Positions 9,740 through 18,312 of a DNA stretch of 32,550 bases are shown piece by piece (positions within the stretch are counted from its first letter, which is position 1; each line of letters begins with the position of its first letter). The notes beneath the pieces were generated by a model, which saw only the letters and a list, made by a program, of their open reading frames with translations, was not told where the DNA came from and made no database searches. The DNA lies in IMG/VR virus record IMGVR_UViG_3300037424_001532, positions 1 through 32,550 of that record; one strand, 5' to 3'. Position numbers and translations under genes: made by a program. The DNA comes from a virus. Lineage: Duplodnaviria > Caudoviricetes.

Positions 9740-10822
9740 TTATGAAGTCTCAATCAAATGTCTGTGATTAGATGAATATGGTGCACCCAAATTCATTTCA
9801 TATAAATTATATGTTTGGTTATCACCAGCACCACCACCATCTTGTACCGTAATTGTACCTTGACATACATATTCACTTGTTATGTTTACATTTAATGCAT
9901 CCAAATCAATTACACACGTAATTGTTCTTGATGGTGGAAGCCCAACAACAAATTTAGTCTCTACATTATCAGTATTTAAACAAAAGGTATTAATACTTGA
10001 TGTTTGGAATGCTTCTTCACATAATGCTCTTACTTGCGCACTAGTTGCGGGGGTTGAAGCACTCGGCCCATAAAATCTACAAAATCTACCAGTAAACGTA
10101 TCAGTAACAAAACTAGTGCTTCCTGCTGCTAATGCCGAAAGATAAACACCGCCCACACTATTTAAAACATTTAACCCTGCATCATAACTTACACTACCAC
10201 ACCACCCATTAGTCCCTTCAACTACTTTATATGATAATAATGATATGTTATCTGATAATGATGTTGATGGTTTTGAACAGTTTAAACTACCAGAACCTAA
10301 ATAGCAATAAGTGTTAGGCAAACCACTTCTAACTGATGGTCCACCGCAATATGCTGGTGTAACACTACCTTGACTAAATATTGCATTAAAAGTTAAATCG
10401 CAAAGATAACCAACCTCTATTGTTCCAGATTCATTTACGGTAAAACTATTTGAAGGACCAACAACAGAAGGACATAATGCAGGCACTAATATTCTTTCAA
10501 TAATGCTGTCATATGTACAACCAAGAATTGCTGAACCAGCAGTTAAACCACCAACAGTACATGTTGTTGGTGATGCCCCAGAATAAAATCCAGTAGAGCC
10601 ACTACCTGTGCCCCCGCTTACAAATACTAACTGTATTTTACCATCACTAAGACCAAGCACTAAATTACTTGATCCAACAGTACCGCCAGTACTTGCATCA
10701 ATTTCAACTCCTTTTGATTGTAATGTTCCAAAGAAATTTGTAGTACCACTCATTGTTAAAGATGATGTGGATTCTTGCCGAAATTGCCTGTCTTCTAAGT
10801 TTGGCCTAGTGAAAAATGGCAT
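9740..10822 (-). CDS. Ser/Thr/Gly/Cys-rich putative virion (fibre-associated) protein
   Basis: 360-aa beta-rich ORF; N-terminus FxTxPxLxxxxFxQxxxxxLTxSGxTxxxG is shared with the 4019 fibre. Confidence 0.6.
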   Translation of the reverse strand: MPFFTRPNLEDRQFRQESTSSLTMSGTTNFFGTLQSKGVEIDASTGGTVGSSNLVLGLSDGKIQLVFVSGGTGSGSTGFYSGASPTTCTVGGLTAGSAILGCTYDSIIERILVPALCPSVVGPSNSFTVNESGTIEVGYLCDLTFNAIFSQGSVTPAYCGGPSVRSGLPNTYCYLGSGSLNCSKPSTSLSDNISLLSYKVVEGTNGWCGSVSYDAGLNVLNSVGGVYLSALAAGSTSFVTDTFTGRFCRFYGPSASTPATSAQVRALCEEAFQTSSINTFCLNTDNVETKFVVGLPPSRTITCVIDLDALNVNITSEYVCQGTITVQDGGGAGDNQTYNLYEMNLGAPYSSNHRHLIETS

Positions 10823-10868
10823 ATTAAATATTGTTTAATAGTATCTTTTCAATGTTATTATATTCATA

Positions 10869-10916
10869 GTGAATTACCCAACCACGGCATAGCCGATGGG
10901 TTTTACACTCCCATTT
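10869..10916 (-). mobile_element. ~50-bp hairpin mini-element copy B
   Basis: Minus strand TTTAT|AAATGGGAGTGTAAAACCCATCGGCTATGCCGTGGTTGGGTAATTCAC. Confidence 0.65.
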
Positions 10917-10924
10917 ATAAATAC
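10916..10924 (-). promoter_or_regulatory. Putative late promoter (GTATTTATA), abutting mini-element B
   Basis: Motif lies upstream of the 10822 structural gene and downstream of the helicase terminator. Confidence 0.5.
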
Positions 10925-10951
10925 ATTTAATATGACAAAAAAATAAAACAT

Positions 10952-10988
10952 AAAAAAAAATCCCATCAGAATTAACTAATGGGATTTT
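10952..10988 (-). terminator. Rho-independent terminator after helicase
   Basis: AAAATCCCAT...ATGGGATTTT hairpin running into a T9 tract on the minus strand. Confidence 0.7.
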
Positions 10989-11006
10989 AATAACAATTAA
11001 AAAATA

Positions 11007-13649
11007 CTACTTGGTTTTCTCTAACCTCTCCTGAGTTTCTGCTTCTTTATTTAAAACAAGTTCGTAATTATCATCATAGATCTCTTCTTCAATGCCTTTA
11101 TTGTTTTTCATTAAATCTATAATATTAAAATTAGATAAATCATCTTCCATTTCAGTAACTTTTGGTTGTTTATCCAATAATTTTTCTATTGATGGTTTTT
11201 CTAATTCAGTTCTTTTCTTGAACCCACTATTTGAACTATTGAAAATTTTAATTTCCATTGTATTATTATCAAATATAGCATTTTCAAATAGTAATCCTGA
11301 TTGTCCAAACCTCGATTTAATAATTTTTATATTTGCTTTTCCTTCTCTATTTTGTTCGTCAGTTTTAGCAATACTCATTAAAAAGTGTGATTTTTGTGCT
11401 CTTTTTATTGAACCACCCATTTGATTAGCATCAATCCATTCTGCATTAAACCCACTTCTATTTGATTGAATTGCGGTCCAACATGGAATGTTTAATTCGG
11501 CACACATAGATTCAAAATACTTAACCACCGCAATTTCTGACATTGTTTGATCACCACTCTTTTTATGTGATTCTACACAATCAAGATAATCAAGTAATAA
11601 AATATTAAATTTAATCCCGTTTTTCTTTTCATATTTTTTTATCCATTGATAGATTTTAGGCATTGTAATACCTTCTTGCGGAAATCTTTTAATAACTAAA
11701 TTACCTTTTATTGATTGTTTTTTCTTTTCAACTGCTTTTCTTATTCTTTCATTTTCAAAATCATCATCAAAAGTAAGCAATTCTGCTTGTGGTGTCCATT
11801 TGACATAGTGTTTACGTTTTATTTGGTCTGGTGTATCCTCAAAAATTATCTGCAATACATTATTATCCATCTCTACAGCATGATTAGCTAAAAACGTTAA
11901 TACTGTACTATTATGTGTTAAAATATAATCATCAGTAACATACAAAGAATCGTCATTTTCAACAACAATACATTGGGCTTCTTCTTCATGTGAATATTCA
12001 ATTGATGATATGAATTTATTGAATTCATATTTATCACGATAAACAAACCTTTCTAATTTTTTTGGTAAAGAACACGGCACAATGCCGTTGTTGGGAAATG
12101 ATATTGTTAAATTATATGATAATTTACCTAATATTTTATCCCCCATTTTATTTTTATATAATTTTTGTTTTTCAGTAATCCTACAACTACCACCCAAAGA
12201 CAAAACGAGTTCCTTAACACCATCACATAGTTTTTTAGATACTGTAGTATAAATAATCCTACCATTAGTAGTAATTGTACCATCAGAATCAATTAACCCT
12301 TGTAATAAAGATTCTCTATTTTTTTTATTATTATATAAATAATTATTTGGAATAAATTTAGTTGATGAATCGCAGCCATATAAATTTAAAATTTCTAAAT
12401 ATTTTCTTCTTTTTAATAAAGATATTCTATATATTGTTTTATAAATTTCCTCCTTTTCGTATGTTTGAACATTTATAAAATTATCTAAAGAAGATACTTT
12501 TTTTACTATAAAATCATCAGAAGTAATTATATGTGGTTGATTCTTTTTTGTAATACACCCATCACCTAACAACATACCCATTACATAAGGATTAATCTTA
12601 ACTTCCCTTTCATCAAATTCAACGGGTTCTAAATTAGGTATTTTATAATTAAACATGCCATTTTTAACCCTAACATCATCAATCATTTCTGATGTTTTTA
12701 ATACTTGAAACGAATTATCTGGAATAGATAAATGTTTACCATTAATTTTTGTTTTTTGTGTTCTTTGTTTCCTAGAATTAACTGACCATAAATGATCAAT
12801 ATCACAATAAGTATATGTATTATCATTAAATAACACTTTATATATTTTTCTAATACCTTGTGGAAATATATTGGTGACTTTTTGTTCTAATCCATTACTA
12901 CCTATGACATAATCACCAACATTAACATCACCCATTTTAATCCAACCATAAGGTGTTAATAATTTAGATGTTAATGGTTGTGCTTTACCAACACCTGATG
13001 CTGCAAGAATAATACCCATTTCACCCTTTCCTAAACCACCGCCAGTTGCATCATCTATAGCTTTAATACCTGTTGCAACTGGTTCCCTAAACTCTTTTCT
13101 AAAAACACCATCCATATTATCAAATATTTCAGTGCCATAATCTTCATCATCGCCAATTGCAGCAATTTTTTCATGCATTTCATCAATTGTAGATACTATA
13201 TCTTTATCTTTGATTTTCCCACTACTTACAAATTGAGTTATTGCATAGCCAAATTTTGCATATTCTTGTTGTTTAATAAACAACATTGTTTCTTTTCTAA
13301 TTGCTTCGCCATCAGAATCAATTTGTCTATTCAATACCCCTCTATTCCAAACATCAATTTTATTGACAACATTTTTTAAAATTTCTTCTTCTGTAATGTC
13401 TGATTGATTATGGTACTTACCAATTGCATGAAAAATACTTTTATTTGATAAATTAGGTGCTTTTCCATATTCATTTGAATAATTTTTGATAACTTTAAAT
13501 AATTTCTTCATGTTGTCATTGTCAAAATATGACACATCAAGATGATCCATTATTTTATTACCAAAATCTGGTTCTGTTAAAATTTGCCAAAAGACTTTTT
13601 CTTGGAATTCAGGCCCAAGATAACCTAAAGTAGTACTTTGTTCTGACAT
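11007..13649 (-). CDS. Replicative SF4 DNA helicase (DnaB/T4 gp41-like) with intein
   Basis: TGIKAIDDATGGGL, Walker A ASGVGK|S split by the intein, Walker B LLLDYLD, WTAIQSNR and KSRFG motifs. Confidence 0.9.
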   Translation of the reverse strand: MSEQSTTLGYLGPEFQEKVFWQILTEPDFGNKIMDHLDVSYFDNDNMKKLFKVIKNYSNEYGKAPNLSNKSIFHAIGKYHNQSDITEEEILKNVVNKIDVWNRGVLNRQIDSDGEAIRKETMLFIKQQEYAKFGYAITQFVSSGKIKDKDIVSTIDEMHEKIAAIGDDEDYGTEIFDNMDGVFRKEFREPVATGIKAIDDATGGGLGKGEMGIILAASGVGKAQPLTSKLLTPYGWIKMGDVNVGDYVIGSNGLEQKVTNIFPQGIRKIYKVLFNDNTYTYCDIDHLWSVNSRKQRTQKTKINGKHLSIPDNSFQVLKTSEMIDDVRVKNGMFNYKIPNLEPVEFDEREVKINPYVMGMLLGDGCITKKNQPHIITSDDFIVKKVSSLDNFINVQTYEKEEIYKTIYRISLLKRRKYLEILNLYGCDSSTKFIPNNYLYNNKKNRESLLQGLIDSDGTITTNGRIIYTTVSKKLCDGVKELVLSLGGSCRITEKQKLYKNKMGDKILGKLSYNLTISFPNNGIVPCSLPKKLERFVYRDKYEFNKFISSIEYSHEEEAQCIVVENDDSLYVTDDYILTHNSTVLTFLANHAVEMDNNVLQIIFEDTPDQIKRKHYVKWTPQAELLTFDDDFENERIRKAVEKKKQSIKGNLVIKRFPQEGITMPKIYQWIKKYEKKNGIKFNILLLDYLDCVESHKKSGDQTMSEIAVVKYFESMCAELNIPCWTAIQSNRSGFNAEWIDANQMGGSIKRAQKSHFLMSIAKTDEQNREGKANIKIIKSRFGQSGLLFENAIFDNNTMEIKIFNSSNSGFKKRTELEKPSIEKLLDKQPKVTEMEDDLSNFNIIDLMKNNKGIEEEIYDDNYELVLNKEAETQERLEKTK
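11910..12983 (-). mobile_element. Class 3 intein (358 aa) with LAGLIDADG homing endonuclease in the helicase P-loop
   Basis: Starts AQPLTSKLLTPYGW and ends YILTHN|S. Block B CDIDHLW, block F EAQCIVV; LAGLIDADG motifs MGMLLGDG and LQGLIDSDG. Confidence 0.88.
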
Positions 13650-13661
13650 GTTATGTATTTC

Positions 13662-14342
13662 TTATTTTTGTTGTACTCCCCTGTTTTCTCTTTCTATTGT
13701 TCGATATTCGTTTTTTATTTTTCTAATAAAATTGCCATCATCAATTTTATTTAAAAATAAATTTCTTTTCTTATCTGTTAATTCTCTAATCTGATTAATG
13801 TATAAACTATATGTTTTAATTAATTTATAATCATCCCACATATGTTTTGAATCCATTTCTTTCAAATATTGGACAATAAAATCAACTAAATCTCTAGTTG
13901 TTTCAACAATTTCATAAGAAAATCTTACAGCAGGATTATATTTATCTACATGAAAATCTCTTTCAACAATAGGATTATTGTTGATATATAAACCAAACCT
14001 ACATTGAGTACCTTCAATGACTTTACCATTAATTTCTTTTCTAATGTAATATGGTTTTTTTAACTTAATTGGTTTTAAGTTAAAATTATAACACACATCT
14101 TGATAATCTCTTAAAAAATTATAATCCACATATGCTTTTTCATCAATCTTATTAAATGTGAGATTTCTTTTTGAAAGAGTAATTTGCAATTTTTGGATTA
14201 TTTCAGGAATTATCGATCTAATATCTACAGAATATCTAATTACTGGATTAAAATCGTTTGCATTAAATATTCGTTCCGAAACAACACAATCTCCTTGATA
14301 AATAGAGAATTTAAAAATATTCTCATTGAATTTTTCTGTCAT
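13662..14342 (-). CDS. Hypothetical protein with two-fold internal repeat
   Basis: 226 aa; FSIY...ERIFNANDFNPVIRYSVDI versus FGLY...ERDFHVDKYNPAVRFSYEI. Confidence 0.75.
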   Translation of the reverse strand: MTEKFNENIFKFSIYQGDCVVSERIFNANDFNPVIRYSVDIRSIIPEIIQKLQITLSKRNLTFNKIDEKAYVDYNFLRDYQDVCYNFNLKPIKLKKPYYIRKEINGKVIEGTQCRFGLYINNNPIVERDFHVDKYNPAVRFSYEIVETTRDLVDFIVQYLKEMDSKHMWDDYKLIKTYSLYINQIRELTDKKRNLFLNKIDDGNFIRKIKNEYRTIERENRGVQQK

Positions 14343-14390
14343 GTTATGTATATGTTTTAAGGTTTAAAAAATTGAACAATTTCTATAATA

Positions 14391-14421
14391 CAAATATAAT
14401 CTAAATTTATATTATAGTCAA
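14391..14421 (-). promoter_or_regulatory. Bacteroidota-type primary-sigma promoter
   Basis: TTG-N20-TATATTTG on the minus strand, upstream of 14342. Confidence 0.7.
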
Positions 14422-14435
14422 GAGAATAGCTAAAT

Positions 14436-15479
14436 TTAACGTATTTGTTTTAAATATTTTTTTAACGTATCCTTTTCTTTCATAATTACAGGATAAAATG
14501 GTTCAACATATGATACAAAATCATAACCATATACTTCTAAAAAACCATCCTCTTTCATTAAGTTAAATAAATTACTAGACCCTCTATCGCTATCATCTAA
14601 AGGCTCGTCTAATATTTTCAATTCTTCTATAGCAATATCATTTAACATTGGTTTTTTTAAATTAATCAATTTAAAATTTTTAGTTAAAACATCGATATTT
14701 TCTAATAATGTAACAAATGCCTTATAAGGTTTTTTCTTTTCTTCTTTTCTTACTTTATTTATCTTTATTACTTCATTACAAATTTCATTAACAGTTACAT
14801 GTTTAAATGTTAAGTTAGAAAATTGTTTTAATAACGTTTTTTCACCTAAACCAGAAATCCCTTTGATATTATCAGAAGAATCGCCAGTTAAAATTTTTAG
14901 TGTCAACACATTTGAATAATGATATTTAAAAAACATTGAAAAATTATTCCTAGTAATCGGTGTGTTTATATTTCCAAATAATATAGTAATATTTAAATCT
15001 AATAACTGTGCAATATCCCTATCGTTTGTATATACCAAAATATCTTCATTATTATGATGATCCATACAGTATTGAGATATTAAATCATCAGCTTCAATTT
15101 CATCTACTTCGATTTGTCTAAAAAAAAGTTCTTCTGCGTATTTTTGAATTCTTATTTTTTGATTAAGAACCGAAATTTCTTTATCCTCTTCACGTTTTAT
15201 TTGAGCATCCGTTAATTCTATTTTATTATACCATTCTTTATTTTCACGATTTGCTTTATAATTATGATCAATCAGATATCTAGCTTTTCCGCTATTTTCA
15301 CCATCCCAAACAAGAACTACCTTATTAATTGAATGCTCCTTAATTAACTTTCTTATCATAGTAAGAAATCCATATACCCCACCAAAATTACCAAAATTTG
15401 TTGTATATTGATCTTTAGCACCATATAGTGATCTCTTAAATAAATATGGTGAATCTACTAATAAAGTTCTAAATTCCAT
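14436..15479 (-). CDS. 5'-3' exonuclease / flap endonuclease (PolA N-terminal / T4 RNase H-like)
   Basis: LLVD, VWDG, YKANR, EADD, TNDRD and GDSSDNIKGISGLGEKT (H3TH) motifs. Confidence 0.9.
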   Translation of the reverse strand: MEFRTLLVDSPYLFKRSLYGAKDQYTTNFGNFGGVYGFLTMIRKLIKEHSINKVVLVWDGENSGKARYLIDHNYKANRENKEWYNKIELTDAQIKREEDKEISVLNQKIRIQKYAEELFFRQIEVDEIEADDLISQYCMDHHNNEDILVYTNDRDIAQLLDLNITILFGNINTPITRNNFSMFFKYHYSNVLTLKILTGDSSDNIKGISGLGEKTLLKQFSNLTFKHVTVNEICNEVIKINKVRKEEKKKPYKAFVTLLENIDVLTKNFKLINLKKPMLNDIAIEELKILDEPLDDSDRGSSNLFNLMKEDGFLEVYGYDFVSYVEPFYPVIMKEKDTLKKYLKQIR

Positions 15480-15515
15480 CTACATATGTTTAGAAAATTT
15501 ATGTTAATGGGTCGT

Positions 15516-16682
15516 TCAGTCGATAACTTCTCCTGTGTCCATATCGACAATATCATTACCATCACCAAAATTCATTGACATAGATTTATTAAATTCATCC
15601 ATACCAAATTCTTTTTCATCCCCAACAGTACTAATATCATGATATTTTAACATTATATCTTCTGCATTAATTTCTTCACCCAATATTTTTCTAAAATATA
15701 ACAATTTATCGCTCTTATATTGATCAATACCTTCTTTATCTGCACGAATAAAGCCGTGTGGTGTTGAAATTATTTTACCTTCCATAGATATACCACCTAA
15801 CGGACCATCAATGTGGTTTTTAGGTACAGAAAGATTTGCTTCAATACCAAAATTAACCTCTTTCTTTTTAGATGTTGCAGACACTGCTTTTGCACCATTA
15901 GATTTAATACCACCAAAATGATAAATCAATCGTGAACCAAAGTAAAATGCTTCACCACCCTTGTGTTTCACAACACCAGCACCCATATTATCAAGCCATA
16001 TTTTTTGAACAGATATTAATGAATTTGTGTATTCACAGCTTTCCTTTCTTGATGCAGGAATTCTAACATTTAATAATCCCTTAAATGATTGTTCATATGC
16101 GTGAGCATTCCACATGTTATTGTTTGAGCTATCCTTCTCCATTGCTTTAATTGTTGCAACACAATTAAGTACACCAATAGAATCAATAAAAAAATCCATT
16201 CCAAAAGGTAACTCTCCCTTTTCTTGTTCATCTATTAAATAATTAAGACACGCCCCCAAATCTTCAATAGAGGCTTCGCTTCTAGATTTGTCTTTAAGTC
16301 TGCCAAAATTTTTTAATAGAAAATCATTATCTATTTTAATGAAATCACCATTCCAATCAAAACCCATGTTTTGAAGTCGATATCTACCAATATTATTCTC
16401 CAAATCTATAATGATTGGTAATCTACCTTGTTTTTGTGAGGCAACAATACCTTCTAATATTGAAGTTGATTTTCCAGTGTTAGAAAATCCACGTGCTAAT
16501 CCAACATACCCTATTGGATATCCTAATAATCCAGTAACCTCTTGTAATGCTGTAGACATTTTTAACCATTCCACTGGTTTATCTGGAACATCTTCTAAAT
16601 TTGATTTTTTCTTAAATTGAACTAAATCAAATGTTTTTTTCTTAGTAGGTTTTCTACTATTTTCGTTTTTAGGAACTATCAT
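15516..16682 (-). CDS. RecA/UvsX-like recombinase
   Basis: Walker A GFSNTGKS, IIIDLEN, Walker B FFIDSIG, KGGEAF and KNHI motifs. Confidence 0.8.
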   Translation of the reverse strand: MIVPKNENSRKPTKKKTFDLVQFKKKSNLEDVPDKPVEWLKMSTALQEVTGLLGYPIGYVGLARGFSNTGKSTSILEGIVASQKQGRLPIIIDLENNIGRYRLQNMGFDWNGDFIKIDNDFLLKNFGRLKDKSRSEASIEDLGACLNYLIDEQEKGELPFGMDFFIDSIGVLNCVATIKAMEKDSSNNNMWNAHAYEQSFKGLLNVRIPASRKESCEYTNSLISVQKIWLDNMGAGVVKHKGGEAFYFGSRLIYHFGGIKSNGAKAVSATSKKKEVNFGIEANLSVPKNHIDGPLGGISMEGKIISTPHGFIRADKEGIDQYKSDKLLYFRKILGEEINAEDIMLKYHDISTVGDEKEFGMDEFNKSMSMNFGDGNDIVDMDTGEVID

Positions 16683-16713
16683 CGCATATTTATTTATCTG
16701 TCTGTATTTTTAT

Positions 16714-16764
16714 GTGAACCGCCCAACCATGCTAAGGCGATGAGTGGGCATTACAATCATTTTT
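16714..16764 (-). mobile_element. ~50-bp hairpin mini-element copy C
   Basis: Minus strand TTTAC|AAAAATGATTGTAATGCCCACTCATCGCCTTAGCATGGTTGGGCGGTTCAC. Confidence 0.6.
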
Positions 16765-16766
16765 GT

Positions 16767-16792
16767 AAAAAAAAGGGGGTGATTAACCCCCT
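16767..16792 (-). terminator. Rho-independent terminator after SSB gene
   Basis: AGGGGGT-TAATC-ACCCCCT hairpin followed by a T tract on the minus strand. Confidence 0.8.
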
Positions 16793-16811
16793 CACTCCGT
16801 CCATCATGAAT

Positions 16812-18137
16812 TTAAAAAGGTAAATCTAAACTTTCAATATCTTTATTACCAATAAGATTATTTACTTTAGTTTCTTCTGGTTTCGATTGATTTTGAATTT
16901 TCACTTCATTAAATTCTTTTTTTGATTGTTGAGTAATATTTTCTGCATCTTCTGAATCATAAGATGCTTCATCTTCATCTACATCATACATGCTTGGTTC
17001 ATAACTGTTATTAACAGCACTATATGCAGCACTTTCATTAGTTGGCATATCTGATGCTCTCTCAAAATTACTTAATGATGATGCATCAAAATTAATAGAC
17101 CTAGTATTTACTTTAATTGCCAATTCTGCATCTCTAGGATCAGGAAACACCCATTTTTTATTGTTTTTATCGGTTTCATCCCAATAAGGATCAGTGCCTT
17201 TTGCAATTCTATCTAACAGAGTTGCAGCATCCATAAATTTATACTCTTTAGGACGGAAAACGTCTCTCCAAGTAGTTTTATCTGCTAACCATGCTTTTAC
17301 AATATCTGGATCACGATGCAATGGTGATGGACCTCTAGGATCGGTATTTACTGCCGTAACCACAGGATACGTATAATTAGTGTTTGGAATAGTATTTTCA
17401 CCCATACTAATATTTACATCAATACCCTTTTCTGGATTAGCAAAATGAATACCGTTTGCTTCTGACCACCCAAACAATATAGGGATTAATTTATCTCCAT
17501 CCCCATCGTTACGAAATCGATGTTTGAATCTCCAAAATTTAGGCCCGTCTTTTTCTCTTCCTCTATCGACACCTTTAACCATATAAAACTTTTTAGCTTC
17601 GATAGCTTTAGATTGTTTATATAGTTTATCGTTACTTTCCTTAATTTTTCTTTCCTCTTCAGTTAATTCTTGCTTATTTTTGAGTTTTTGAGCAATTTCT
17701 TTTCCTCTAACGTTATCTTGTTTTTTCAAGATTAATTTGGCTTTTTCGCAAATAGGGCAATATTTATCAACCATAACTGCCTTTCCTTGTTCAGTAAACG
17801 CCAATTGACCATTATCATCAGTTGCTTGAACTTGTGGATCATTATGTGATGGACAATATATCTTAGTTTTAGTTTTTCGTTCCCCTTCTGCTTTATTTAA
17901 ATAAACTTCGTGAAAGAACGCAAATTTAATATATTGTTCATTAATGTTAGGATGAACTGGTCTGAAAGTCTCTTTTTCATCTCTAGGTGTAAAATATTTT
18001 TTTAAAATGTCTTCTTTAGACACTGACTTAGTTTTAGTGGTTGTTTCTTTGTTTTTTTTCCACTCAGCATACATAGTCTTTGCTGCTTCCATCTCGGCAT
18101 TTGAGCCAACATGGGCATTTGTCATGTTTTCTTCCAT
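16812..18137 (-). CDS. Single-stranded DNA-binding protein, T4 gp32-like
   Basis: FH...YCP..H...CPICE putative Zn ligands, GPKFWRF, acidic tail ending DLPF; adjacent to recombinase and exonuclease genes. Confidence 0.7.
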   Translation of the reverse strand: MEENMTNAHVGSNAEMEAAKTMYAEWKKNKETTTKTKSVSKEDILKKYFTPRDEKETFRPVHPNINEQYIKFAFFHEVYLNKAEGERKTKTKIYCPSHNDPQVQATDDNGQLAFTEQGKAVMVDKYCPICEKAKLILKKQDNVRGKEIAQKLKNKQELTEEERKIKESNDKLYKQSKAIEAKKFYMVKGVDRGREKDGPKFWRFKHRFRNDGDGDKLIPILFGWSEANGIHFANPEKGIDVNISMGENTIPNTNYTYPVVTAVNTDPRGPSPLHRDPDIVKAWLADKTTWRDVFRPKEYKFMDAATLLDRIAKGTDPYWDETDKNNKKWVFPDPRDAELAIKVNTRSINFDASSLSNFERASDMPTNESAAYSAVNNSYEPSMYDVDEDEASYDSEDAENITQQSKKEFNEVKIQNQSKPEETKVNNLIGNKDIESLDLPF

Positions 18138-18210
18138 AATCGTAACTAACTCTTAAAATGGTTTAATAATAATATAATTGTAAAATCTTTGTTTTCCAAA
18201 GATAGGAATA

Positions 18211-18241
18211 CAAAGATAATGATTCTTTTTCTAATTTGCAA
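18211..18241 (-). promoter_or_regulatory. Bacteroidota-type primary-sigma promoter
   Basis: TTG-N20-TATCTTTG; a second TATCTTTG lies at 18197..18204. Confidence 0.7.
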
Positions 18242-18289
18242 GTATAATTAAAAATTAATTAATAATAATTTTAAAGAACGTTTTTTTAT

Positions 18290-18300
18290 TATAAATACTT
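18290..18300 (-). promoter_or_regulatory. Putative late promoter (AAGTATTTATA)
   Basis: Same 11-mer as at 4040, 19712 and 23868. Confidence 0.45.
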
Positions 18301-18312
18301 AAAAAACAAATT

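Noticed and set aside
79-10838. Many plus-strand ORFs (60-160 aa) overlapping the fibre genes, and other short plus-strand ORFs across the window
   Set aside because: They are antisense shadows of long minus-strand genes with biased codon usage, and show no motifs or independent expression signals
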